From positions 49,416,001-49,480,000 of the forward strand of contig NC_045696.1 in assembly GCF_009834535.1 (NCBI RefSeq): 64,000 nt of DNA, in the 5' to 3' direction. The notes below the pieces were generated by a model. That model was given only the letters and a program-made list of their open reading frames with translations. It made no database searches and had not been told where the DNA came from. This DNA is from Camelus ferus (Eukaryota). The first letter of the stretch is position 1. Each line of letters starts with the position of its first letter. Below are positions 13,839 to 28,330 of the stretch, in pieces. Both the position numbers and the translations under genes were made by a program.

Positions 13839-14131
13839 TTTTTTTTTTTTAATTCCATATATAAGTGGTATCACATGGTATTTTTCCTTCTTTTTTTTTT
13901 CTGGCTTACTTCATATAGCATGATAATCTTCAGGTCCATCCAGTTTGCTGAAAATGGCATTATTTTATGTTTTGTGGCTGAGTAGTATTCCATTGTATAA
14001 ATATACCTCATCTTCTTTATCCAGTCATCTGTCGATGGACATTTAGGTTGCTTCCATGTCTTGACTGTTGTATATAGTGCTGCTATGAACATTGAGGTGT
14101 ATGTATCTTTTCAAATTAGAGTCTCCTCCAG
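13839..14131 (-). mobile_element. 5'-truncated LINE-1 (end of ORF2) with probable TSD
   Basis: Minus-strand ORF MFIAALYTTVKTWKQPKCPSTDDWIKKMRYIYTMEYYSA is the L1 ORF2 C-terminus. Poly(T) at about 13839-13850. Flanking near-repeats tcttggaacttt / tctttgaacttt. Confidence 0.9.
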
Positions 14132-17100
14132 TCTTTGAACTTTTAAAAATGCTCATGAGTGCACAGCCAGACTCCAAGTCCTCCCAAACACTGAAGTCGC
14201 TCATCCAGTTTCATACTTTTCACCACCAGCCCCTCCCCTCCCATCCCCTCCCCCGCCCAGGTAATTCTCTCCTCAATCTATTCAGTCAGTGGGAAATAAA
14301 TCCTAGTACTTCCCTAATTGCCCAATATTCTAGCTGGGTCCATTTTTTTAGGCAGTGAAACTGAAGCTAAGAGAAGTTACATTGGCCAAGATCATATACT
14401 TCATAAATGCCTGAATTACAACCCAAATTCAAGATACCTCTAATCATCAATAGCTTATACATGACCATATTTTGCTCCCCCATCACATATCACTCAATAA
14501 CAAATGCTATTTAAATGTAAGGTAACTGTTCTCTAAGGCTGTCAAGACTGGAGCTGCCTCCTACTTGTTAATTTTGCAAGTTTAGAGACAGTGCCCTGGG
14601 CTGGGTTGCTTTGGCTTGGTGCAAGTAACATAAAGATCCAGATAGAAATACGTAGTAAAACTATAACTACAGTTAGGGGTGTGTGTGTGCTCGCATGTCA
14701 GCATATACATGTATCTTGGAGCAGAAGTTGGGAGGGGGGTAAATTAGTGATGATATTAAGAAACTGATCAAGAATCTTGTCATGGAGTGTCTGTATTCCA
14801 TATTAGATTTTGCCTTAAAGGAATTTAGATTTTTCCTTGATGACTTGAAACCGTGAGCCTTACAGTGGTTTTAAGCAAGAGAGTAATAGAATCACATTTA
14901 TGTTGTTCACATTACATTTTATGGCTTCACCCTTCTGTGTACCACATATATACTCCCAGCAGACTTAAAGATGTGGACAATAAAATGTCAAAGTCATGAG
15001 AGGGGCTTCTGAAACCATAAGCAAAGCCAAAGGACCATCTTTTATCAAGCAAATTAATTCCAACATCTATGTTTTGTATCTTCTTGATAATTTATAAATT
15101 TCATCCAAGACAAAGATTAAATTAAATTATACACAGAAAAAAAAACTTAAATCAGATATCAGCTCCAGGGCTGTTGAACCATTTTCCTAATCATTTTAGA
15201 ATATAATTGAAGAAAACATATTCTGTGTTGTACACCATTTAATTTTGGTTAATAACAGTACCCTTTTGGAGATGTCCTTGGCTGACCTAGTATTGTCTCC
15301 CAAAAGCAGAAAGATAAATAACAAGTGGATTGTTCAGCAGGTGACATTGCTTTTGTCTAGAAACATATCCCATTGCTATCGGAGGCTTAAAAAAAGTTAA
15401 AAGTCCTGAATTGCCTGAGTTGCAGTTTTCTCACATGAATATATAATAAATCATCCTCAAAGCCTCACTATATAAACAAACAGTTTCTGTTCTAAAAAGG
15501 GCTTGCTCTGAGACCCAGAGAATCAAAACAACTTTCAGGGAATCTAAAACAATATTGTCAGCCTTTATAAATTATCCCTTGGATTGTAATAATAAAAGAA
15601 CAATGCTTGGACCCAAATTGTGGCATTCACTGTGGCCTATACTTCTACATAGAATTACCAAGGATGTTCCATAAGGCAAATAATCGGCATCCCAGCCAAC
15701 CAATCCCTGAGACGCACGAGTAATTCCTAGTAGCCATCCAGGCCTACAGGCATAGATTCTTGGCCCTAGCACAGAGGGATTGCGAAATACCTCATTAATA
15801 ATGAATAAAGCAGGAAACCACCATTGGTGTTTCAAGAGCTGTAACTTCATAAGAAACCAAAACAGAGTTTAATCAGTGTGCTAGAAGCTGAAACAAAGAG
15901 ATGTAAGTCAGAACAAGTAATGCCAGGAGATGGAGGATTTAGAGAACTTAACACTGAAATCAACTTGGCTTACATTTACTTCTGCTCGCATGTTCCTGTG
16001 CAATTTGAATATCGTCATGAGGAAGACCCGACCACATCCTGTGCATGTCCCAGACAGGCTGTTAATGGGATAACCCTTAAAATGGGAATTTTTTTAAATC
16101 ATGGTTTAATGTTTATTTATAGGGATGGCTCAGGTATGTGAAGGAAGGAAAGGGGAAGAGGGCTCTAATGGCAGCCCAGTTCTGTACTCCACTTGGCAAA
16201 GCAGAAGGCTGGAATTAGCTTGCTTGATCCTCCTTAGGAAGCAGTTTAGGTACCATCTGTTGATCTATATCCCTTGAGGGTTTACACCTTCACGCTAAGT
16301 GGCTTATCAACATACTCATTCCAAGCACATGCAGACTCACTCCCCATCTCTTCCCATCTGGGAGCTCTGGTAAATAAACTTTTCTCCTTCTTCTTACATT
16401 CTATGTAGCCATTTTAACGCTCGAGACAACTGCCCAGTTGACCTGGTTTTAATCATAATTGGATGCCATTCATCTGAAGAGCAACCACACACAGTCCATG
16501 CAGTTTATTGCTTTGTAGCATATGTATAGTTTATCAGTCTTACTCAAATATATATCTTCATATACATACCCTTCTGAGTGAAAGAGAGAGAGTAAATGGC
16601 ATGCCCAAAGTTAGACAGATCATAAACAGCAGAGCAAGAAACTCAAATTCATATTCTCTGACTCTAAATTCCACACTCTATTCATTAATGCATACTTCTC
16701 GATTGGGCCTTATAGCACTTCTCTGTGCCTAGGAGTCATTGCAAAAGGGAAAAAAAAAGACAAAAACGAAATTTTTCCTTGCCTTATGTATTTATGGTAT
16801 AAGTGAAGGAGAACTTACAATCCAGGTCAATAGGTATGGCATCTTTGATGATATTACGGAATCTGTCTGATGGTATAAAATAGACCTTCGGATATTGTCA
16901 CCATGCCTCTGAGAAGCAAAGATAAATAATCCCTGAAGTAAACCATATAATTTGGGAGTTCCATTAATCCCTGTATGTCTCTTGACAATAGTGGAAATTT
17001 TGTAATTAACTGACTAATGATATGAATAAACTGAATGTTTCACCATATACGTTGTGAACAATTTGGTAGAATAAACTAAAGGAAACTTATTTGCAGTTAA

Positions 17101-19299
17101 TAAGAGCCCAATTTCCAAGCCTTTTGAAATTCCCATTTATTTATAAGTCAGGTTTTTTTTTAAAAAAGAAAGATCTCAACTAGAGTAAGATTTGTACAAG
17201 TTAACAAAAATCTAAAGTATAGATATACTTTTTTATATGTGAGTTTTACCACTTTCATATACTCATAGAATCCAGAACTAAGATAATATAAAGTTCATAA
17301 TTAGCATATTAAGGTGAAAACCAAGGACAACCTCACTTTGATTTTATTCAGTTCTAAATCAAAACATGTTTATTGGGCACTTATTCAGTAAAGAACTCTG
17401 GAAATGAAATATGAGTCACTGCTCTCAAGGCATTTAAGATGTGGCTTCATTGTGTGAATATGGAAGTTAATATAGTGGCAGGTTTGAACTGTTTACGACA
17501 GCTCTCCCAACTTCTCATGAAAATAATCATGAAAATATAAAAAAAAAAAAAAAGTTAAAAAAAAGCCAGCAACATCACTGTAGACTCAAGATAAGAGAAG
17601 ACCATATGCCAAATCCGGGTGGAATGTTGACTAATTGCATCAGCCATGGGGATAAATTCAAGAAGTACATTCTTGAACTGCACAACACATGCTCTAATCT
17701 TTGAACCAGAACAGACCAGATGGACCTGGTAAGGTTAGAAAAGAATTTGATTCACCTTCTGTTTAAGTGTTTCATTCTGAAACAGTGAAGATGAACTGAC
17801 TAAATAGGTGGCCATACTCCAACTCCAAAGGAATTAATTTTGCAGCCAGTTTGAGCCAAGATCTTACCCTCTTCCCATTTATTCCTATTATATCCTTTTT
17901 ATTACCATCATTTCAAAATGGTAATTCCCAGAATGCAGCACAGAAGGAAGTGCATAGGGATAAGAAAAGACTTGATAAACATAGGATGTTTTATCCCCTA
18001 AACCAGGACAGAGATAAGAATATTAGAAGTGCAGGCTGACAGCTACAGTCTTTCATGTAATTCCACTATCCATAATATTAAACATTGGATTATACCCTCT
18101 TGTTTAATGAAAGAATATGACAGAGCAAGAAAAGATCCAGAAAACTTACACTAAATTCCTGTCTTCTAAAGTGATAAATTGAGTAAGGATAAAGCTTGAG
18201 TTTATATTCAAGAAAAACAATTTTACAGACCCTCAAGGCATGGTGGTAGAGACCTAGAACACACCATCAATCCTTACTGATGGCAAATTCTAAAATTTAA
18301 TGTATGTCTTGCTCTGTCAACAGAGCATTAAAAAAGACCAGCTTTAGGTCCATTAAAAAATGCAGCAATGAAGAGTGTTGTTGAAAGATTCACTCGGAAA
18401 AAAAATCTTAATATGATTTTCTGTAATAAATGTAATGGAAATCTTAGAAGTCTCTACTTTGAATCCTGAAAAGAGAGTATTTTCATTTTAAAATGGCAGG
18501 AGAAGATAAGTTTCTCCTTTCCACTCTTAGATATCACACAAAAGTCAAAGAAAATGAGCAGCAAGAGCACTATCTTAATTTTCAACAGCTGTAACTTACT
18601 AAACAGGAGACAGTTATAACTTACAAAAATATCTGAGAAAGAATCACTGAATATAATAACGATCTAATAGCATTATGGAAGAAATTTAGAATATGTGCTC
18701 ATATCTGGAAATCTCAGACAAAGCCATCAGAGCATAGATCTTACTTGGCACCTCTAACTGGTGAGCTCTGGTTTGGAATAATGAGAATGGACATATTGTC
18801 TGGTAGTAACCACTTCTGTCTTATTTTGCCACAGTATCTCAAGCAACAGGGAAATCAAGGTTAAGGTTAAGAAATCACACAGAGAAGCCATATTTGTTGG
18901 AAGATACCTGTTAGTAAGGCAGGGGATGAGAACCTTTGCATGTGGTGAGCCACTCTGATAGGTTGGTCCCAGTGGGTTGGGGAAAGTAAAGACCAAAGTA
19001 AGTCACACACACACACACTTCTGTATCATAAGGAGAATTTCTGCAAGCTTGAAACACAGTCTTCATCCTTAACCTTCAAAGTGAATAGTAAGCCCAGGAA
19101 TTCCTAAGATGAATTATATGAATAAAATAAAAAAAAAAAAAACCTAACACAGCATCATGACAAAGCTATTACAAATAAACAGAGGAAAGGAATATGGAAG
19201 AACTTACAGATAAAATTCACCTATTCCAAAAATTTTTAATGGAGCAAATAAAAATTTTAGCAAATGTTCTCCCATTAAAATAACAATTAAAAACCAGGG

Positions 19300-20100
19300 C
19301 CTTAATTTAAGTCTCTAAATTGCCTTTAAAGAATTTCTCTAAAATAAGTGAGAAGACATGACAAGGCAACAGAAGGAAATAAAATTTAAACTTTCACCAG
19401 GCAAGAGGTAAACAAAAAAATATTTAAAACCCTAACAGAATTAAATGACATATTAGAAGCAGAATACTGGGAATTGCTGAAAACATTAAAAGAGACAAGT
19501 GATAGGCTTGAGGGAAAGGAGCAAAATGGAGTAAAAACAAGTAAATGAAAAGTAAGTACCAGGATGAAGATTATCCATATGGAAAACAGAAAAAAAAAAG
19601 AAATCCAACATAAGTGTAATTTGTATCTTCCTCTTTGCCACCCCAACCTTACAAAAAAGAGGTCTGAAATAATAAGACAGAAAGTATTTAAAGATATTTA
19701 TAATATCCCTAAACCTCACCTTTAGTCTATAGACTATAAGGCACATCATCCATAGGAAAAATACTTACACAGTCATCAACACTAAGAAATATATTCTGGT
19801 AAAATTATCAGCTTCAAAGATGAGAAAGTAAGACTTTGACCATTGGAAGCTAGTCATATGTTAGGAGAAAAAAAATTAGATTTATTTCAGACTTTTCCAT
19901 AGCAACTTTTAAATCTAATTGTTATAAAAGTTCTCTAGGGAAGAAACTGTGATACAAGGATTTTATACCTAGCTAATCTATCTTTAAGATATAAAGGTAA
20001 CAAACAAATAGTTTGAAACATGCCAAGTCTAAGATCCCTGGAGCCTATCTTGAAGACACAAAGAGAACTTAAGCCAACTAAGATATAAGCACAGACCTTA
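19300..20100 (+). mobile_element. Ancient L1 ORF1-like / HAL1 fragment
   Basis: A-rich decayed ORF1-like motifs (tcagacttttccatagcaac...aaggattttatacctagctaatctatc). Confidence 0.5.
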
Positions 20101-20379
20101 CAGAAAATGGTCTGGCTGTGAGCATTGGATTCATTTAACTATAAACCTAAAACTAATGCAGTTATGTGGATAATGATTACACAACAGAATATGGAGCTTT
20201 ACGCCCAGACAGTGTAGAAATGAATAATCAAATCAATAAATAAGAAAAAAAGAATTGCAGGGAATAATAATAATAACTTAGGAATTAATGAGTTAAAGTC
20301 AGAAATAGGATGAATAAATCTAAGAAATGATTCTTTGATAGCAAAACAATAATAATAAATTGATAGACAAAGTTTTAAA

Positions 20380-20780
20380 ATGAGGATAGAACAAATTTAC
20401 AAAATAATTATAACCACAAGGATGATTTACCAGCTCTAAGAGATGGTATTTTAAGACTTGGATGAAATGGATCATTTTCTAGGCAATCATAAATACCCAA
20501 TGTTGGCCTAAAAAAGAAAAAAATCTAAACAGATCAATTACCACAGAGGAAACAGAGAAAGATGTAAAAAGAGCTAATCTTAAAAATATGCACCAATCCC
20601 TAGATGGTTTCACAAGGGAGTTCTACTAAAGCTCTAAGGAAAGGAGAATTTCAATGCTGTTTAAAATGTTCACTAAGACAGAGTAAAAAGGGAATCTACT
20701 AAACTCCTTTTGCAAAGTGAGTGTGTGACATTGATACTGAAGCCAGGCAGCAAAATGAAAACAAAACAAAATGTTATTTA
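20380..20780 (+). mobile_element. Old LINE-1 ORF2 fragment
   Basis: ttggatgaaatggatcattttctagg...aaatctaaacagatcaattacc...cctagatggtttcacaagggagttctac resembles the L1 ORF2 region just before the RT domain. Confidence 0.65.
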
Positions 20781-21119
20781 CAAAGGAAAAGAACCAGATG
20801 AACCTTAAACTGCTTTGACACTGAACCACGAAACAGTGGAAAACTCTTGACCCAAGAATTTGAGTCAGAAAATGTGGTCATCTAGGTGTGAAGGCAACAG
20901 AAAAACAATCTTTTAGATATTCAGTAACTCAGAAAATATACTGCCTATCTACTGTACCTGAGACATCTGTTCCAAGATATTTTAACCAACTGAAGTAAAT
21001 GAAGTGAAGAATTAAGGAATGGAGGAAATAATGGTATAAAAAGATTATCATTAGCACTGAAACCAGTTATAAGATTTAAACTATATGTATGAGGCAGAGG
21101 ATATATTTTAAAAAAAAAA

Positions 21120-21740
21120 ACTTACAGCTTAATAAAAGGAAGACAAACAACTCCTATGTCCCCACCTTATCCCCCAAAATTAGCAAAGTGTTTGAATGGA
21201 CACCACAAATATACCGAAAGCTTATCAAACACATGAAAAAATAATCGTTTGTCATCATGAAAATGCAAATTAAAATTACAAGATTCCACTACACACTCAT
21301 TAGAATGACTAAAATTAACAAAACTAACCACATAAAGAGTTGGCAAGAAGGTGAAAAAAGTAGACCTCTCATACACTGCTTATGGCAGTGTAAAATAGTA
21401 AAGTCGCTTTTGACAAATAGTTTGGTAATTTAGGAAAAAGTTCAACACACACTTAGCAAGAAACTTAGCCACTCCACTCCTAAGTATTGACTCAAGGGAA
21501 AAAAAAAATGTGTTCACACAAAATCTTGAGCACTTATGTTTATAGAAGTTCTATTTGTAATAGTCAATATTATTATTGGTTGAAAACAACCCAATGTTGA
21601 TCAGCAAATGAGTGGATAAACAAATTGTGGTTTATTTAAATAATGAAATTCTACCCAGTAATAAAAATGAACAAACTATAGCTACCTACAACAACATGAG
21701 TTAATATCAAAATTATGTGAAAGAAGCCAGGCTTAAAAAA
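21120..21740 (+). mobile_element. Old LINE-1 (L1MB/MC-like) ORF2 end and 3'UTR
   Basis: aaatgcaaattaaaattacaagattccactacacactcattagaatgact...gaaaacaacccaatgttgatcagcaaatgagtggataaacaaattgtgg. Confidence 0.75.
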
Positions 21741-21754
21741 AAAGAGTTCGTACT

Positions 21755-22837
21755 TTATAGATATTTTATGGATATAACACCAAAAGCAAAGGTAACAAAA
21801 GCAAAAATAAATAATGGGACTACACCAAATTAAAAAGCTTTTGCACAGCAAAGAAAACAATCAAGAGTGTGAAAAGGCAGTCTACAGAATGGGAGAAAAT
21901 ATTTGCAAACTATGTATCTGATAAGGAGTTAATCTCCTAAATATATAAGGAATTCTTACATGTTAATAGCAAAAATCCTAATAACCTGATTTGAAAATGG
22001 GATAAAGCCTTGAATAGAAGTTTTTCCAAAAGAGACATACAAATGGCCAATTGGCATATGAAAAAAAAATTCAGTGACACTAACATTCAGGACAATGCAA
22101 ATCCAAACCACAATGAGATGTCACCTCACGCTTGTTAGAATAGCTATCATTAACAAGACTAGAGGTACTGAATGTTGGCAAGAATGGGGAGAGAACTCTT
22201 GTGCACAGTTGGTGGGAATGTAAACTGGTGCAACTGCTATGGAAAATAGTATGAAAGTTCCTCAAAAAATTAAAAACTTATGATCCAGGAATCCCACTTC
22301 TGGGTATTTATCCCCAGGAATTGAAATCAGGATCTCAATGAGATCATAATGGACCCATGTTCATTGAGGCTCTCTTCATAATAGCCAGTATGTGGAAACA
22401 ACCTGCATGTCCCTAAATCAGTGAATGGATAAAAACAAAGATTTATACACATAAGGGCATATTATTCAGCCTTTACAAAGGAGGAGATTCTGCAATATGT
22501 GACAACATGGAAGAATCTTGAGAACATTATGCTAAGTGAAATAAACCAGTCACAGAGAAACAAATACTGTATGATTCCACATATTTGAGGTATCTAAAAT
22601 GGTCAGATTCATAGAATGAAAGACTAGAATAGTGGTTGCCAAGGGCTTAGGGGAGAAAGAAGGGGGTAGTTACTAATCTACAGGCCTAACACTTCAATTA
22701 AGCAAGACAAATAAGTTCCAGAGATCTACCATACAACATTGTATCCATGGTTTATACCATGCAGTGCAGTTAGTAATTGGTTAGGAGGGTAGATCTCATG
22801 TTCAACTTTTCTGTCCATAATAAAATAAAATAAAAAG
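21755..22837 (+). mobile_element. L1MA-type LINE-1 3' end
   Basis: Runs from acaccaaaagcaaaggtaacaaaagc through the ORF2 end into a 3'UTR (agggtagatctcatgtt) and ends in aataaaataaaataaaaag. Confidence 0.85.
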
Positions 22838-24728
22838 CACTATTCCATATAAAAAGGGATTTTTTTCAGAGTTAAAAATACTTTTTAAAATAGCTCAGTT
22901 GTTTGAATCTCAATATTAATAATGTCCCCTCCCAGTGACATTGGCAGGATTCAATCTGATAGATGTAAAAATGATTCCCGCTACATCTTCTATGAAGATG
23001 GGATGGAGAAAAGATTTGCAAGAGATTTCACAGTGTTGTTTGTTTTTCAGATTTTTTTCCTTTCCAAAGAATTTAGATCTTATGCACCTTTAGGTTAAGA
23101 GAATAAGGACCAATGAGCTGCTTCTACTCAAACTGCTGCTCAATGTCCACTGTTAATATCAGAAGGGAGGCTATGGACCTCCAACTTGGATCCAGAGAGT
23201 AGAGAATGAGAGATATAATGATAACTAACTAGTTATCTAACTATAACTAACTATAACTACTAAGCTATAATAGAATTCTATTGTAAGAATTAACTTGTCT
23301 TTCTTTCTTTCTTTCCCTGTATTCCAGCAAGTCGTCTCAGCTTATTTAGGGTTTACTTTAAGCTTCCTATGAAGGACACTGCATTCTTTTTACAGATTTC
23401 CCTATCTTCACCCAGGTTATGGTTTCAGTGCAGAAGAATCAAACCCTGAGTTTCTTGAAGGGAAAAATTGTGTCTTACTCTTTTTTTCTCTCCAGCACTT
23501 AAGAGTGCTTAGCATGTAGAAACTCCATAAATTCTTAATGTTTGGATAAATAAACAAAACAATATTGTAAAAAATTACACTGACAAATCTTTGATTTTTA
23601 TTTTTCACTGAGGAGGATTTATGCCTAAAATCTAAATGAATAGTCTTTATTTAAACAAAGCTGAAAATGAGATGGAATAAATTAAAGACAGATGATGAAT
23701 TAAAGGCTGGTAACTTTAATTTGCAGGAACCGACATCACTCGGGAGAAGTTTTGTTTTTTCTGTTCTTTATTCTTTACTTTCAGTGACTGTTTTAACAAG
23801 TTTTCCTGCGGAGTCCCTGATGTTACAGTCAGTTACAGCCTTGAGCTGTGCTAAATAAAGGAACAATTACAAATTTCATGGTGAAGGTCTCTCTGACATA
23901 CCATTCTTTTGTGGGGAGGTAAATAAGACAGGAAGGTGGGGGAACTATCAGAATGACTTTTTCTCATTGCTTCCTTTTTTCTCTTGCCCATTGTGGGTTT
24001 TACTACCATCCATCAGAGTTATGTCGAGAACAGGCTTTACCTAAAATAGCTGGAAAGTACCATAGTCTATCACTTACCTCCATCAGTGGGTCAATTTGAA
24101 ACTTACTGTCTTCTACTAGGTCAAAAGGAATTGCTGATATTTTTAGGGAACGTGATGGGTTACAGTTAGGAGTCCTACAAAAGACCAAAGTAAAATATCA
24201 ACATTATTTTCATTTCTGAATTTGTTGGAAGAAGAACAGGAAAAGCATAGATGATGTTTCTCAGTCAACCTTATTTGCCATTTATTTTGAAAGGGAGGGA
24301 GGAGGGCAATGGGGATAAATTCCAAACCATCATTTAAAAATGTGGCCACAGGCACTTGTTATTGATGTATCATTGCCTCATGCTCCTTGATAAAATTTAA
24401 ATGCATTTTTCTTTCCCTGAATCTGCCCCAAACTCCTCCAGGGGTGCTCCTTTCTTTGCGTCTTCATTTTTCAGGGAGTGTGAAGTTGACACAAAACTTC
24501 TATGAAATTTGACCTTGACATCATAGAGGAAAGAAAACTAGTGCCCTGTGGGCTCAGTGCCCCCTGGTGTAAGGCATCTCTGTGAAGCTGATATTCTTTG
24601 TAGCCAACTCCTTAACCAACCAGCACCACTGGCACCCCACTCTTGTGCTGCCCAGGATTTGGTGTTTAATTCATCACTTCAAGTGCACCTAGTTAGTTTC
24701 TAGGGCTTTAGTGCCCACTTCCCTAATA

Positions 24729-24941
24729 CAGCAGTTCATAACTTGGTGTCTGTAGAACACTCAAGGGACCAGGAGGGGACTGAGGAGAGTAAAGAGAAAT
24801 CATAAGAAAATGTAAAATCTGCCTTCCACCCAAAATTCATCCACAAAACTTCTGCCTTTATTTGATTTATATGTTAAGGTTAATCCATATGCTATATGGA
24901 TTAAAAAAAACCACTTGTTTAAAAAAGTTGGAAAACTATTG
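24729..24941. mobile_element. hAT-Charlie-type MITE (MER-like)
   Basis: Imperfect terminal inverted repeats cagcagttcataactt ... aagttggaaaactattg. The flanking 8-mers both have a central TA. Confidence 0.5.
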
Positions 24942-27900
24942 CTATACCCAATTTAGAACAATAGAAGAAAAACAGAATCACAGAAATTTTGAGCTAAAAG
25001 AAATTTGTGACATGATAATCCAATTCTCTGATTATATGGATGAGAAAATTGAGTTGGGGAAAAGTGAAGAGATGTGTCTGAGGGCTCATGGAGATTTTCA
25101 GACATAGATCTATTGACTTGTAGTGCAGTGTTCTTCCTTATAGTTCTATGTCAGTGATACTTAAAGAAAGAAGTGAGGAAACATCTTTCCAATGGTTAAA
25201 TTCCATGGTGGTGTTGGCTACTCTGAACATTCTATGGAGTATTAAAACATATTAGTCCCCATTCATTCATCCTTCCATCCACCCACCCATCCATCCACCC
25301 AAACATCCATATTTAACCAAGGAAATGTGGGTTAACATGTGAAGCCTATTCCTCATTATATTTTTTACAGCACAAGAACTGTAGTAAATTCATCTTATTC
25401 CCAAGTGCTCAAAGTCTAAAGACTAGAAGAAGCATGTCTTTAAGGATCTATATGGAGGGCATATGTTTCAGACCCTACATTTAGGAGAACATTGAACCAG
25501 ATAGTGGACATGCATATAATACATGAATTCTGGTCACAGATTCCTAGGGAGTTCCAAAAATAATTCAAATTAAAAAGAGGAACTTTTGGCCTAGATTTTG
25601 CTATGAAAACCTGGATCTCAGCATGTCAGGTTGACATACATACCAATGCCCCTTTTGTCATAAGTATTCTGTGTGTCTTCAGCCACTCATTGTCTTTCCA
25701 GACTCATGTTACTCTCTAGAAGACCATAAAACAAGGGAATTACAGTGACGTTAAAAACCTGTTTTTCACTGGCTTTTATTGCTATCTGCTATTATTGTAT
25801 CACCAACTGTCACACCAGTCCCTCAGCTCTTAAGTGTTATCTCACATGTGCTTCAAATAGTGATGAAAAAGCATATGCCCTTTTCTTGGTCTTCTGTCCC
25901 ACACTCGTTCGGGACAAGTGAGTGAGTCTGCCAAGGCCTCTGGTGTTTGTGGACCCGTGTGAAGGTGCCCTGTACCAGCTGGAGGCCCACAGGGATGCTC
26001 TCTCTCACAGGTGCTGCTCTTTCATGGGTATCACCATCACCTCCACAGGGTCCTGGTGCTACCACTGGGCGTGGCCACTGCCTCTCCCTGGCACAGCTTC
26101 TTCCAGAGAGAACTGTCAGCTGCTGCTGTCACAAGCAGCTACTGTTGTCTCAGCACACCCCAGCCACTTTAGCTCCCATCGTCTTCATGGGGTGCTCTTT
26201 CATATAAACCTGTCTAAAGGCATTAGGGCTCTGTGGAAAACCATAAAGATCCCCTCTTCCCACATGAGGTCTTCCCGTTAGTGGGAGATCAGAAAGGGGC
26301 TGTTTGGGTCCCAGACTCTACTGAGCTTGTACTGAAACAGCTGTGATGAGACAAAATTAATACATAGATCTTCACAGCTTTTTTCCTTCCTTTTTTCCCT
26401 CCTGCTTAGCTTCTTTGCCTCCCTCCTCTCTGAAGAGCTAAAGGAGAAAATCTAAGTGGATTGTTTGAGAAAAGCAGTCAAGGAGAAAGAACCACATCCC
26501 CAGGCTGGGGAGGGGGAGCATAGGGTAGAGGGATATGCCATGTGTGGTGCATGTTAGAATGCTCTGTGCAGTGGAGAGAGGAGGTTGATGGACCAGGACG
26601 GACAGGACTGTGTCAATGGAAGAATTCTGTTAGAATGCAAGAATGAGAGACTTCCAGATACCAGAGGATGCTCAAGAATGTGGAAAGGACGGGAGGTTTT
26701 CATTAGAATAGCTATGGGCTAAGAGTCTCTATTCGCCTAATGCTTGAAGGACAAAGAAGTAGTCTTAAATTTCAACCTGGGCTAGGTGCAGTTTTACAGA
26801 CACTCCGCAGCTACATCAATGTCTCTGCACTGCATACACCTCATCCCCACTCTGTTCCTTCCCGCTGTATATACCAAGTATGGATTCGTAAGGACTAAGT
26901 CAGAAGACAAATGTGAAGGAAAGACACCAAGATGTGTTCAGAATTCTGGCTGCTTCTTGAGGCTCAGACTTCACTACAAAGCCAAGCCTATCTTTCTTCT
27001 CCCCTGAGATGAATTCTCTCCAAGACTACTCTGAGTCTCATAAACTTCTGCTCAGTCCACTCCTGAGTTGGCCAGAGTTGTCTGTCTAGCCTTGCCTGAG
27101 CCACAGCCAAAAAGCAACAGCCTAGGCTCAACTGGGTCCTCTGCTGTCTTTAAAGCAGAATTGTCTCTTGGATCATTGCAAGTCACTCTTGCTTCTGCAC
27201 TTGAGTTCTTTGGGTGCCAGCATAAGCTGACACTCGTTGTTTCCTCATTCCTACATTTCAATCTGATAAATCCCAAAATTAACTTGGAGCAGCTGAAGAT
27301 GAATCTGCTTCTGAAGGAATCAGAAGACTACATACTTCCCAAAGAATCCCCGTTGATTTAAGGGCTGATTTATCATAGATGTGTGGGCTCACCAGCTTTT
27401 AACTTCATTTTGCTTCCCAGATCAGCATCTGTGTTTGTTTAACTGCTACTGGCTGAATCACTCTGGGAATCATGGAAGCCACGTAGAAGGCTCAGGGGCC
27501 ACATGACTCATCTCCCGAAATGACAACATGGGCATTTATATCACTCGTCAGGTTAGGATTTGTCACGTGGAAATTGAGCTCGAGGGTTGAGTTTACTAGT
27601 TCCCTGGAAAAATAAATCTCAGAATTCACCATGCCATGAGGTTTTCTCCAAACATGTCAACATCCTTTTTCCCTAAAGCCCACGCAGAGATGATGTGATT
27701 TCCTGAGAGCAGGGAGGTTGTATTTAATTCATGTTCTCAATGTGTATTGCATTCCTCTCGTGTACCAGACCCAGCACTAGATTCAGGGGTCACTGAAGGA
27801 CACACATCGTCTCCATTCTCAACTCAAGGATCGCACTGCCTACTAAGGGAGCAGACAGGTCCCCCCACAAGGCAGAGTGAAGTACTAACTAGAGTACACT

Positions 27901-28129
27901 CGAGGTGTTTACCTAGATTCTGGTGGGCAGGCAATTAAGCTTGACTGTGGAGGGAGGAGTAGCTTATGGTGAAGCAGAACAGGTGAGGACACTTAGCTGT
28001 CATCTGTCACATCACTTCATCTGTGACTGGAAGAGACGCATTTGGCTTAGAAACCCTCACACCTGCCCTTTGTGCCAGTCACTCCTACTCTCTCCTATCT
28101 CATGCCGCTACCCTGGGTTTGTGTGGTGG

Positions 28130-28330
28130 TTGCCTATCGAAATGTTTGAACCACTTTTGAAAAACAGAGATGCCCAAGCCCCACCACAGACTGACTGAAA
28201 GAGGATCTCTGGGGGAGGAGTCTGGGGGTCTCTGTTTCTTACAACTTTTTGTCCAGAGGATCCCCTAGCAGTACAGCCAGTCAGCTTGGCACAAGTCTTT
28301 AGACTGGGTTCTGAAAACAGTTGCTTTGAA
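28130..28330. mobile_element. MER5-like hAT MITE fragment
   Basis: aaaaacagagatgcccaagccccaccacagactgactgaaagaggatctctggggg resembles the MER5 internal sequence. Confidence 0.5.

Noticed and set aside
25922..26281. 119-aa ORF in a GC-rich patch
   Set aside because: Non-ATG start, open frames in several phases, and no recognisable protein family.
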